Shown here one piece after another: positions 9,123-18,037 of a stretch of 64,000 nucleotides of DNA. Location of the stretch: contig JAFWQF010000080.1 in NCBI GenBank assembly GCA_017509205.1, positions 21,136-85,135 of the forward strand, in the 5' to 3' direction. This DNA is from Clostridiales bacterium. GTDB taxonomy: Bacteria; Bacillota; Clostridia; Saccharofermentanales; Saccharofermentanaceae. Numbering within the stretch: position 1 is the stretch's first letter; each line of letters opens with the position of its first letter. The notes under the pieces were generated by a model, which was given only the letters and a program-made list of their open reading frames with translations, was not told where the DNA came from and did not search any database. Position numbers and translations under genes: made by a program.

Positions 9123-9998
9123 ATGTTTTGTCCCATTTGTGGTAAAGAAAATCCCGAAGGTTCTACCTTCTGCGCCGGCTGCGGAAAGCCGATCGCAGGT
9201 CAGGCAGCACCTGCAGCAGCACCCGTAGCAGCTCCTGTAGCACCTCAGCCCGCTCCGCAGGCTCAGCCTCAGCAGCAGTATGCAGCACCCCAGCAGCAGT
9301 ATGCTCAGCCGCAGTACGCAGCTCCCCAGGCTCCCGTTGCACCCGCAGCACCTGCCAAGCCTTCTCCGATACTTCCTTTCGGACAGTTCTTCAAGTCACT
9401 TCTCACAGCAGCTTTCAAGCCTGTTACCGGCGCTGCTGACGAAGCAAAGAAGTACGATCACATCGGCAATTCACTTATCCTTTCCGCGATCGTTGTCGGT
9501 ATCCTTACAATCGCAAACTTCCTGCTCTACATCCTCAGAACGACCATCTACAACAGCTGGCCGAGGAATGCAGGTGACACATTCGTAAGGATCCTCAGGA
9601 ACTTCACTGGTTCACTCTTCGATTACGCGCTCATGACCTTCGGTTTTGCCGGCATAATGCTCGTTATCGGTCTCATCCTCAAGGAAAAGTGGTCTTTCTC
9701 AAGACTTCTTGCCATCACCAGCATGGCTGTATTCCCTTCTGAGGCTGTAAGAGTCCTGGTCATCAAGTTCTTCACCACAGTTCCGAGCAATGCAGATACA
9801 CTCTGGTACTACACGATGCTCAAGTACTTCCCGATCTCTTCAGTACTTTCCGCAGCAGCTACGATCTATGCTTTCATTCTCCTTTATGAGGGAATCACAC
9901 GCGAGACAAAGCTCGAAGGAAACAAGAAGGGTTTCATCTTTGCCATCGCATGGGTTGCACTCGAATTCGTATCTCACTACATCGGACTTATCTACTGA
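9123..9998 (+). CDS. Zinc-ribbon / Pro-Ala-Gln linker / multi-TM (YIP1-like) membrane protein
   Basis: CPICG...FCAGCG zinc ribbon, PQQQYA repeats, about 5 TM helices; TGTATAAT upstream. Confidence 0.75.
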   Translation: MFCPICGKENPEGSTFCAGCGKPIAGQAAPAAAPVAAPVAPQPAPQAQPQQQYAAPQQQYAQPQYAAPQAPVAPAAPAKPSPILPFGQFFKSLLTAAFKPVTGAADEAKKYDHIGNSLILSAIVVGILTIANFLLYILRTTIYNSWPRNAGDTFVRILRNFTGSLFDYALMTFGFAGIMLVIGLILKEKWSFSRLLAITSMAVFPSEAVRVLVIKFFTTVPSNADTLWYYTMLKYFPISSVLSAAATIYAFILLYEGITRETKLEGNKKGFIFAIAWVALEFVSHYIGLIY

Positions 9999-10021
9999 TA
10001 ACAAACGGAACATCCGTTCAC

Positions 10022-10049
10022 GGGGCTGCTTAAATGCAGCCCCTTTTTT
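10022..10049 (+). terminator. Rho-independent terminator
   Basis: GGGGCTGC-ttaaat-GCAGCCCC followed by TTTTTT. Confidence 0.9.
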
Positions 10050-10227
10050 GTGCCCGAATGTTAAATCAGTCTCTGTTTTCGTCTAAAAGTCTCATTTATT
10101 TGTTCAAAGTCTCATTTTCAGGCCAGTTTTTTGATTTTGCTTCAAGTCATCAACACATATGGTTTGCGCGATGCTATAGTCCGAATAATGGATATCATAC
10201 GAAACGAATCATTTATGGAATAATAAC

Positions 10228-10255
10228 TGCAACAAAATCGGAATCCGATCTGTAT
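10228..10255 (+). promoter_or_regulatory. Putative ECF-sigma promoter upstream of serpin, TGCAAC-N16-CTGTAT
   Basis: TGCAACAaaatcggaatccgatCTGTATatAGGGC versus TGCAACAttattgtccgctcatCTGTATtaAGGGC at the sigma gene. Confidence 0.65.
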
Positions 10256-10290
10256 ATAGGGCATGAAAACAAATTCGGAGGAATTCTGAG

Positions 10291-11589
10291 ATGAATAAAG
10301 AGATCAGAAAAAAGACCATGGCTGCCGGACTTACGGCACTGCTCCTCATGACGGGCTGCGCAGGAAAGACACCTGTTCAGACAGAACCCTTGAAGAACGA
10401 TCCTGCAGTAAAAGCAGAGATCAATCTCGATCAGGTTGCAACTCAGAAATTTAATGAGACAAAACTCAATGACGAGTACGGAAGATACAGCTTTGAGATG
10501 ATGCAGCAGATCGCCTCGAACGCAAAGAAGAATGCCAACGTCATGATATCTCCCGCATCGATCATGATGGCGCTCGACATGTGCGCTGCAGGCGCGAAGG
10601 GCGAGACCTTGAAGCAGCTTTCAGATCTTTTCGCGAAAGATACAGATCCGCTCCAGCAGCAGGCTTTCGCATCAGAAATGATGAAGAGGATCAATGCTTC
10701 ACAGAAGCTCAAATTCACATGCGCCAATGCCGTATGGAGCAACGACAAGCTCCTTGAAGGCAAGGTCAACACCACTTACATCGATTACATAAAGAAGACT
10801 TTCGGCGCCGAATTCCAGAACGTCAATTTCGGACCCACGACTCATAATGACATCAATAAGTGGGTGGATGACAAGACGAACCACATGATCCCTCATCTTT
10901 TAGACGAACCGCTCGATTCAACCGCAGCAATGGTGCTCGTAAATGCGATCCGTTTTGAGGCACAGTGGAAGAAGGGTTATGAGGATTCCCAGGTAACTAA
11001 GATGAAGTTCAGCGGAACGGACGGCGAGACGGATGTTCAGATGATGACGAGCATGGAAGAAGGTTATTTCTCGACCGAGAAGGCCACCGGCTTCATCAAG
11101 TACTATGAGGGCGAAGAGTATGCTTTCGTCGCGATTCTTCCAAACGACGCAAAGGCAAACGCAAATGATTTCATGAATTCATTTACTTACGCTGAATATA
11201 AGAAATTCATCGCAAGCCGCAGCAACGAGAAAGTAAGATCGCTTATGCCCGAGTTCAAGTCCGATTACGGCTCAGAGCTCAACAAGCAGCTGGTGAATAA
11301 GGGCGTAACGGATGCATTCAATCCCGACAAAGCAGACTTTACCGGCATTGCCAAATCCGAAAAGGGCAACATCTACATCTCCAAGGTAATCCACAAGACC
11401 CACATCGAGGTTGACCGCAAGGGAACAAAGGCAGCTGCAGCGACCGCAGTCACGATGAAGGTAGCAGGGGTCGCTCCGATGCAGGATGAGCCCAAGGAGG
11501 TTATCTGCGACAGACCTTACGTCTATGCGATAGTCGACACGGTGACGATGAATCCGGTCTTTATAGGAACGGTAAACAACGTTAAATGA
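10291..11589 (+). CDS. Serpin family lipoprotein (serine protease inhibitor)
   Basis: NVMISPASI, INKWVDDKTNHMI, LVNAIRFEAQW, hinge EVDRKGTKAAAATAV, DRPYVYAI; lipobox LMTGC. Confidence 0.93.
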   Translation: MNKEIRKKTMAAGLTALLLMTGCAGKTPVQTEPLKNDPAVKAEINLDQVATQKFNETKLNDEYGRYSFEMMQQIASNAKKNANVMISPASIMMALDMCAAGAKGETLKQLSDLFAKDTDPLQQQAFASEMMKRINASQKLKFTCANAVWSNDKLLEGKVNTTYIDYIKKTFGAEFQNVNFGPTTHNDINKWVDDKTNHMIPHLLDEPLDSTAAMVLVNAIRFEAQWKKGYEDSQVTKMKFSGTDGETDVQMMTSMEEGYFSTEKATGFIKYYEGEEYAFVAILPNDAKANANDFMNSFTYAEYKKFIASRSNEKVRSLMPEFKSDYGSELNKQLVNKGVTDAFNPDKADFTGIAKSEKGNIYISKVIHKTHIEVDRKGTKAAAATAVTMKVAGVAPMQDEPKEVICDRPYVYAIVDTVTMNPVFIGTVNNVK

Positions 11590-11598
11590 CACTGAAAC

Positions 11599-11630
11599 TT
11601 AAGGGGGCTTAGAAAAGCCCCCTTAAAATT
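11599..11630 (+). terminator. Rho-independent terminator (possibly bidirectional)
   Basis: TTAAGGGGGCTT-agaa-AAGCCCCCTTAA followed by an A/T tract. Confidence 0.8.
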
Positions 11631-11745
11631 TTTCCGAGAGCTGAAAATACCGCGGTTATGCCATTTTTTGTATATTTTTATTTTTTATTAGTTAGGATAT
11701 AATAACAGCGATAATCTCAAATGGTGGAATGGGCTTGTTATTGAA

Positions 11746-12774
11746 ATGAAAATACTGAGTGTCGCCATACCCTGCTACAACTCACAGGATTATATGGGCA
11801 ACGCAATCGAGTGTCTCCTTGAAGCAGGAGAAGATATAGACATTATCATCGTCGATGACGGTTCGACTGATGACACTGCACTTATCGCAGATAAATACGC
11901 TGAAAAATATCCCGACATAGTACGCGTCGTTCATAAGCCGAACGGCGGACACGGTTCGGCTGTAAACGCCGGCATTGAAAATGCACAGGGACTCTATTTC
12001 AAGGTCTTGGACAGTGACGACAGGCTTGATCCTGCAGTTCTTACCGAGGTAATGGATGCCTTAAGGTTCTACAACAAAGAAGAGGCACCTCTTGATATGC
12101 TCGTAACCAATTTCGTTTACGACAAGCTTGGAATCCCTGACTGCAAAAAGAAGGTCATGAGCTATGAAGGCGAGATCCCCGAGAAATTCGTATGCTCATG
12201 GGAACTCTGCAATTTCGGCAAGGGCGACTACCTGCTGATGCATTCGGTCATCTTCAGGACGCAGCTTCTCAGAGACTGCGGATTAAAGCTTCCCGAGCAT
12301 ACTTTCTACGTAGACAATCTCTATGTTTATGAGCCGCTCCTTAAAGTCGAGCGTATCTATTATCTCAACCGTAATCTCTACTATTATTTCATCGGCCGTG
12401 AGGACCAGTCGGTCAACGAGGCCATCATGATCAAGCGTGTAGACCAGCAGCTCAGGGTAAATTACCTGATGCTCGACTACTATCTCGCGAACAGGGATAC
12501 GATGTGTAAGAACAAGCGCCGCTTCGCTTACATGTACAACTACCTTGAGATCATCACCACCGTTTCGATCGTCCTTCTTATCCTTGACGGAAGCCCCGAG
12601 GCTTTGGCTAAGAGAAAGGATCTTCTCGATTATATCTACAAGCGCAGCAAGAGACTCTATGCGAAGTTCAAGCTTGGTGTCTGCGGAACGGTAATGACAC
12701 TGCCGGGCAAGACGGGAAGATTCGTTGCAGCTGAGTCCTACAAGCTTTTCCAGAAGTTCTACGGATTCAATTAA
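11746..12774 (+). CDS. Glycosyltransferase family 2
   Basis: LSVAIPCYNS, IIVDDGSTD, NGGHGSAVNAG, KVLDSDD. Confidence 0.9.
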   Translation: MKILSVAIPCYNSQDYMGNAIECLLEAGEDIDIIIVDDGSTDDTALIADKYAEKYPDIVRVVHKPNGGHGSAVNAGIENAQGLYFKVLDSDDRLDPAVLTEVMDALRFYNKEEAPLDMLVTNFVYDKLGIPDCKKKVMSYEGEIPEKFVCSWELCNFGKGDYLLMHSVIFRTQLLRDCGLKLPEHTFYVDNLYVYEPLLKVERIYYLNRNLYYYFIGREDQSVNEAIMIKRVDQQLRVNYLMLDYYLANRDTMCKNKRRFAYMYNYLEIITTVSIVLLILDGSPEALAKRKDLLDYIYKRSKRLYAKFKLGVCGTVMTLPGKTGRFVAAESYKLFQKFYGFN

Positions 12775-12793
12775 ATCAGCAGATGACTGTCAG

Positions 12794-14845
12794 TCATCTT
12801 ACTTCGCGGCCCTTTTTAAGTCTGACTTTGTTGTCGTACATCGCCTTATCAGCGCGTTTGTAAACATCAGTAACAGACTCTCCTTTTTCGTTTAATGCAG
12901 TGCCGCAGGCTATTACTACGCCGCCGTTAAGAAGTGCCTCCGCGTTATGATCCTCGATCTTTTTGATGAGCTCATGGATGTTCTCGTAGTCATCACCCTG
13001 TGAGATGACACAGAATTCATCGCCGCCGACGCGGAAGACAGGGCTGCGCTTGAAGGTTGTGCAGACGATCCGGCAAGCCTCCCTTATGTACTGGTCTCCT
13101 GCCTGATGTCCGAGCTTATCGTTAACATATTTCAAGTCGTTGATGTCGATGATGCTTATTGCAAACCTGGGGTTCTCGGTCTCTTTGACGGCGTACTCAA
13201 GACGGGCCTCTGCCTCGAGGTAAGCTCGCTTGTTCCTTACGCCTGTCATCGAATCGATGTTTGCCTGCTGCTGTGCTGCAAACAGACGGCGTGACAAATC
13301 TGCTTCCCTGAGGAGATCTTGTGCGCGGACAGCTTTCATTTCTTCGTCCACATCATTGACACCTATTATGAGTACGTTATCGTCATCCAATGCACGGGTA
13401 GCTCTCATTCTTACATAGAAAGGTTCGCCTTCCTTAGGCACGCGGTATGTCATCTCGAAGGCTCTTTTCATGTTGATCTGTTCGAGCAGTGTCTCACGCA
13501 CCATTGCTTTGGAGAACATCTCACGGTCCTCTTCACAGACAAGAGTATTTACTTCGACCTGGCAGGAATCAAAGAACTTGGGTCCGCGTCGTTTCTCAAA
13601 GAAGTTTCCGTGGTCATCCGTCCAATAGTTGATATAGTCCTCAGTATCGAGACGCACATAGAAGAGTTCGTCATACCCGTATGACAAAGCCTGGGCAATG
13701 TGATTGAAGATAACGGCATCTGCCTTGGCCTTCTCATATTCTTCCTTGGTTGATGCAACCTCACGCCTGACTTGCGCTATCTCAGTCGTATCGATAGCCA
13801 TTCCAAGCACGCAGATCCTGCCGAATATGTCAGTATACTTAAACTTTGTGGTTTGACGCTGTCTCTTATTTCCGGCTGCATCGCAAATATCCTCAATAAA
13901 GGAATATGGTTCGTCCATCGACATGACCATGCGGTCATCCTGAGCATGTCTTTTCGCGATCTCTTCATCAAAAAGATCTGCGTCGGTCAGGCCGACTACC
14001 TCTTCGGGGCTTTTCTTGCCTGCATACTCGGCAAAAGCCTGATTGCACGCAAGGTACATGCTTGTTTCCGGCTCTTTGGTAAAAGTCATGGCCGGCATGT
14101 TATCAAGCAGAGAAGATATGGTGTTCTTGAGTTCTACAACCTTTTGGCTTTCCTTAAGTTCGAGACGGTATTTTTCTTTCTCGTCATCGATTACATACGA
14201 CTTGACCAGGCTGGTTCCAAACATATATGCAATGGCGTAAAGAGGAAGATACGGGAACCACAGCTGAACCATAAGAAACAGCGCCATGATAAACCCGAAC
14301 AAGCTGACAGTGCGGTATCGGAGCTGACGGTCAACATCATGACCGGAAGCCTTGGAATACGCCACGAAGCAGTAAATAGATACAAAGACCAGGATGGCGA
14401 TCTGTAATGCAAGCAAAATGCTTCGAAGCGGCAGTGCCCGGTAAACGCTTTTTTCATCTACCGTAAACAGGACGGGCGTAAAAATGTTTACGACAGTTGC
14501 GAGCGTGATGACCGATGCGACGATGCGGCCTGTAAGCTTTAAAAGTTGGACAAACCTGCCTTTGGCATGGAGAAAGTAAAAAACACTGGCCGTCCATAAC
14601 AAAACGCCGAAGGCCATGACAACAAAGTAAACGGTAGTGACGGCAAACAGGAGCTGTGGCTGCTTATAGTATTCGACAATTCCCCAGAACAAGTCGACAA
14701 CATAGTAAGACAGCACAGTAAAAAGAAAACGCCTGTACATCTTCCATGTGTCGGCTTCAAACGATTTGTTGTAATCGATGATGATATTTCTGTTTTCTAT
14801 GATCAAAACCAGAATGGCTATCAGATCAATTGCAGCGTAATACAT
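12794..14845 (-). CDS. Membrane sensor / PAS / GGDEF diguanylate cyclase
   Basis: About 6-7 N-terminal TMs; PAS-like segments; DSMTGVRNK, DINDLKYVND, RVGGDEF intact. Confidence 0.9.
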   Translation of the reverse strand: MYYAAIDLIAILVLIIENRNIIIDYNKSFEADTWKMYRRFLFTVLSYYVVDLFWGIVEYYKQPQLLFAVTTVYFVVMAFGVLLWTASVFYFLHAKGRFVQLLKLTGRIVASVITLATVVNIFTPVLFTVDEKSVYRALPLRSILLALQIAILVFVSIYCFVAYSKASGHDVDRQLRYRTVSLFGFIMALFLMVQLWFPYLPLYAIAYMFGTSLVKSYVIDDEKEKYRLELKESQKVVELKNTISSLLDNMPAMTFTKEPETSMYLACNQAFAEYAGKKSPEEVVGLTDADLFDEEIAKRHAQDDRMVMSMDEPYSFIEDICDAAGNKRQRQTTKFKYTDIFGRICVLGMAIDTTEIAQVRREVASTKEEYEKAKADAVIFNHIAQALSYGYDELFYVRLDTEDYINYWTDDHGNFFEKRRGPKFFDSCQVEVNTLVCEEDREMFSKAMVRETLLEQINMKRAFEMTYRVPKEGEPFYVRMRATRALDDDNVLIIGVNDVDEEMKAVRAQDLLREADLSRRLFAAQQQANIDSMTGVRNKRAYLEAEARLEYAVKETENPRFAISIIDINDLKYVNDKLGHQAGDQYIREACRIVCTTFKRSPVFRVGGDEFCVISQGDDYENIHELIKKIEDHNAEALLNGGVVIACGTALNEKGESVTDVYKRADKAMYDNKVRLKKGREVR

Positions 14846-14986
14846 AAAATCCTCGTTTCTTGCTATGCGTCCTGATAATTCATTTTAAATATGCACGCAT
14901 ATTAAAGCTTTAAGAAAATATTAACTTTATTTTATAATTTTTCCGCACTTTGTGAAAACAAGACGGGAACAGCGGGTTCGGAGAGC

Positions 14987-15019
14987 AAAAAAAGAATGCC
15001 ACGGTAATCCGGAGCATTC
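14987..15019 (-). terminator. Terminator of the pnt operon
   Basis: Minus strand GAATGC..GCATTC stem followed by a run of seven T. Confidence 0.7.
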
Positions 15020-15047
15020 CTCTTTGTCTTTTGCTTAAGAACCGTTA

Positions 15048-16478
15048 TCAGTCGTTCTCGTACTCGACAACGAGCTGTGATACGGTCTGCTTTGCGTCGC
15101 CGTAGATCATGATGGTGTTGTCCATTGTGAACAGCGGGTTCTCGATGCCGGAGAAACCCGTACCCTGACCTCTCTTGAGGACGAATACCGTGCGTGCCTC
15201 GTAAGCGTTTACGATGGGCATTCCGTACAGAGGAGAAGACTCGTCGTTGATGGCAGCAGGGTTAACAACGTCGTTTGCACCGATGACGATGGCAACGTCG
15301 ACATTGCTCATCTGAGGGTTCATTTCATCGGATGTCTTGAGCTGTTCGTAAGGAACGTTAGCTTCAGCGAGGAGAACGTTCATGTGACCGGGCATACGTC
15401 CTGCAACCGGGTGGATGGCAAAGTTGACTTCGCATCCGTTGTCCATGAGAACGTCTGTGAGCTCCTTAACGGCGTGCTGAGCCTGAGCAACAGCCATACC
15501 GTAACCGGGGATGATGACTACGTTCTTTGCAGCCTCAAGGATGAGATAAGCATCCTCGACGGACATTGCCTTGGGCTCCTTGTGCTCGCCTGTTGCAGCA
15601 GCTGCCTTCTTCTTTGCTGTCTTGAAGAGGAGAGCTGCAAAGGTCTTGTTCATGGCCTTGCACATGATGAGCGTGAGGATGACGCCGGAAGCACCAACGA
15701 GGCATCCGGAAACGATGAGGACCGTATTGCTGATAGGGAATCCTGCGAATGCCGCAGCGAGACCAGAGAGAGCATTGAGGAATGAGATGATGACGGGCAT
15801 GTCACCGCCGCCGATCGTGATAACGAGTGTTACGCCGAGGACGAGGGATGCGAGTGTCGTGATGAGGATTCCTGCGAGGCCAAGGCCTGTTGAAGGTGAA
15901 GCAGTGTAGAGGATGATACCGATTACTGCGACAACGAGGATGATGGCATTGAGGATGTTCTTGCCGGGGATTACGATGTTCTTCTTGAACATCTTGAGGC
16001 CTGCAAGCTTAGCCCATGCGATAAGTGAACCTGTGAATGCGACTGCACCGATCACGATCGTAAGACCTAATGTGATGGATGTGAAAGCGTCGGTGCTGAT
16101 CCTGTCGGAACCGCCGCGGAGAGCACAGTACTGGGAGATTGCGACGAGCATTGATGAAAGGCCGCCGAAACCGTTGAAGAGAGCTACGAGCTGAGGCATT
16201 CCGGTCATCTCGACCTTCTTTGCCCAGATGAAGCCTACTACTGAACCTGCGATGACTGCGCAGCAGATGATGCCGTAGCCGATGAGACCGCCGTCGATTA
16301 CGTCCTGTGAGATGAGAACGGAAACGACAGCAACTGCCATACCGATTGAAGAAAGGAGGTTACCCTTACGTGCCGTGTCAGCCTTTCCGAGCTTCTTGAT
16401 GCCCATGATGAAGAGCACGGCGGAGATCATGTAGAGGATGATGCAGATGAAATCGTCCTTGATAGCGAGGAAATCCAT
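15048..16478 (-). CDS. pntB: NAD(P) transhydrogenase subunit beta
   Basis: MPQLVALFNGFGG, GGDMPV, PGYGMAVAQAQH, IHPVAGRMPGHMNVLLAEA, GANDVVNP. Confidence 0.97.
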   Translation of the reverse strand: MDFLAIKDDFICIILYMISAVLFIMGIKKLGKADTARKGNLLSSIGMAVAVVSVLISQDVIDGGLIGYGIICCAVIAGSVVGFIWAKKVEMTGMPQLVALFNGFGGLSSMLVAISQYCALRGGSDRISTDAFTSITLGLTIVIGAVAFTGSLIAWAKLAGLKMFKKNIVIPGKNILNAIILVVAVIGIILYTASPSTGLGLAGILITTLASLVLGVTLVITIGGGDMPVIISFLNALSGLAAAFAGFPISNTVLIVSGCLVGASGVILTLIMCKAMNKTFAALLFKTAKKKAAAATGEHKEPKAMSVEDAYLILEAAKNVVIIPGYGMAVAQAQHAVKELTDVLMDNGCEVNFAIHPVAGRMPGHMNVLLAEANVPYEQLKTSDEMNPQMSNVDVAIVIGANDVVNPAAINDESSPLYGMPIVNAYEARTVFVLKRGQGTGFSGIENPLFTMDNTIMIYGDAKQTVSQLVVEYEND

Positions 16479-16783
16479 TACTTCTTCTTACCCTCCTTTT
16501 TCTTGAACATTGCGAGCATTCTGTCGGTAACGAAGTAGCCGCCGATAACGTTGATCGTTGCGAAGAAGATCGCGATGCCGCCTAAGATCATTCCGAGGAC
16601 ATGGTTGTTTGCGCAGATGGCGCATGCAGCGATGGCACCAACGATGGTGATGCCGGAGATAGCGTTAGTACCGCTCATGAGAGGGGTGTGGAGCTGCGAA
16701 GGGACCTTTGAGATCAGTTCGACTCCGAGGTAAGCCGATATGATGAAAACGAATATCAGCAGCATGATGGTCTTGGAATCCAT
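16478..16783 (-). CDS. pntA: NAD(P) transhydrogenase subunit alpha, part 2 (membrane)
   Basis: LHTPLMSGTNAISGI, INVIGGYFVTDRMLAMFK. Confidence 0.95.
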   Translation of the reverse strand: MDSKTIMLLIFVFIISAYLGVELISKVPSQLHTPLMSGTNAISGITIVGAIAACAICANNHVLGMILGGIAIFFATINVIGGYFVTDRMLAMFKKKEGKKK

Positions 16784-16785
16784 TA

Positions 16786-17913
16786 TTATGCCTCCTTAAA
16801 TCTTTCGTGGATGATGGCGCCGTCTTTGGTAAGGAGGCAGCCCTTCATGATCTCGTCACCGAGATTGACTTCGAATTCCTTGCTCTCCTTGTTGTAGAAG
16901 TGAGTGAGGAAAGCGGAGATGTTGCCGGAGAGCATCTTGGATGCATCCCATGGTACCTGGCGCTGGAGTTCGTCACCCGGGAGAATGACTACGCCGTTAT
17001 CGGTAATGACTTCCTTGGTGGGATCAGAGCCCTCGACGTTACCGCCGGTGGATACAGCCATGTCGACAACGATCGTGCCGGGCTGCATGCGGTCAAGAAC
17101 ATCCTTCTTGATGAGGACGGGAGCCTTGCGGCCGAAGACCTTAGCCGTTGTGATGACGATGTTGGACTTCTCGCAGACCTTGGCCTGAGCTTCCTGCTGC
17201 TTTGCGATCTGCTCGGGTGTGAGCTCTTTTGCGTAGCCCTGAGCCGTCTGGCCCATTTCACCGAGGTCGATCTTAACGAAGTTTGCACCGAGGGACTTAA
17301 CCTGCTCTTCGACTACCGGACGGGTATCGAAAGCGTCAACTCTTGCACCGAGACGCTTAGCGGTTGCGATGGCCTGAAGACCCGCAACGCCTACGCCGAT
17401 GACGAATACTCTGGCAGGATTGATGGTACCTGCGGGGGTAACCATCATGGGGAGGATCTTGGGCATTCTTGCAGCTGCATTGAGGACAGCCACATAACCT
17501 GCGAGTGATGTCTGGGAAGACTGAACGTCCATCTTCTGGGCGAGAGTCGTTCTCGGGATCATCTCGAGAGATACTGCCTGGATATTGTTCTCTGCGAATT
17601 CATGGAGAAGGGCTTTCTCGTTGAAGGGGTCGAGGAAGCTGACATGGAGGGCACCGGCTTTAAGGCCTTTTGCTGTCTCCGGCTTAAGGATCCTGACAAC
17701 GATCTCGGCATCGTCCAGAGCTTCAGCTTCGCTCTTTACGATCTTAGCGCCGACAGCCTCGTATGCCGCGTCGTCAAATCCGCTCTTAGATCCGGCACCG
17801 CTTACGACCGTGAACTCAAATCCCATTCCGGAAAGCTTTTTGATGTCATCCGGTATGAGGGCCACACGTGTCTCGGCAGGCAGGGTTTCCTTGCACACCA
17901 AAACTTTCTTCAT
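16786..17913 (-). CDS. pntA: NAD(P) transhydrogenase subunit alpha, part 1 (NAD-binding)
   Basis: ETRVALIP, IPRTTLAQKMDV, GVGVAGLQAIATAKRLGA, DMAVSTGGNVEG. Confidence 0.95.
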   Translation of the reverse strand: MKKVLVCKETLPAETRVALIPDDIKKLSGMGFEFTVVSGAGSKSGFDDAAYEAVGAKIVKSEAEALDDAEIVVRILKPETAKGLKAGALHVSFLDPFNEKALLHEFAENNIQAVSLEMIPRTTLAQKMDVQSSQTSLAGYVAVLNAAARMPKILPMMVTPAGTINPARVFVIGVGVAGLQAIATAKRLGARVDAFDTRPVVEEQVKSLGANFVKIDLGEMGQTAQGYAKELTPEQIAKQQEAQAKVCEKSNIVITTAKVFGRKAPVLIKKDVLDRMQPGTIVVDMAVSTGGNVEGSDPTKEVITDNGVVILPGDELQRQVPWDASKMLSGNISAFLTHFYNKESKEFEVNLGDEIMKGCLLTKDGAIIHERFKEA

Positions 17914-17976
17914 TTGATTACCCCTCTTGAAACATAAAGTGAGCCTAAATAAATAATTCTTTAGGCGAATAAATTA

Positions 17977-18012
17977 TAAAACATCACCCTGCAATTGCAA
18001 AGTGATGTTTTA
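17977..18012 (-). terminator. Inverted repeat: likely terminator of the upstream gene, overlapping a candidate pnt promoter
   Basis: TAAAACATCAC...GTGATGTTTTA arms. Minus-strand TTGCAA (18000-17995) and TATAAT (17978-17973) with a 16-bp spacer lie within or overlap it. Confidence 0.55.
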
Positions 18013-18037
18013 AGAGGATTTCAACTGTTAAAGTCTC

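Noticed and set aside
9240-9330. CAG-rich tandem repeats as a contingency locus
   Set aside because: In-frame imperfect codon repeats encoding a PQQQYA linker; no phase-variation signature.
14888-14913. Palindromes AATATGC-AC-GCATATT and TTAAAGCTTTAA upstream of the GGDEF gene
   Set aside because: Single occurrence in AT-rich DNA; no second copy or cognate regulator to support an operator.
14949-14966. Possible Rex operator TTGTGAA near pnt
   Set aside because: Only one half-site, and it lies downstream of pntB rather than at the pnt promoter.
16807-17508. 233-aa plus-strand ORF opposite pntA, and similar shadows (e.g. 25488-26111, 37815-38423, 20551-21102)
   Set aside because: Antisense frames of strongly codon-biased genes; no independent RBS or domain evidence.
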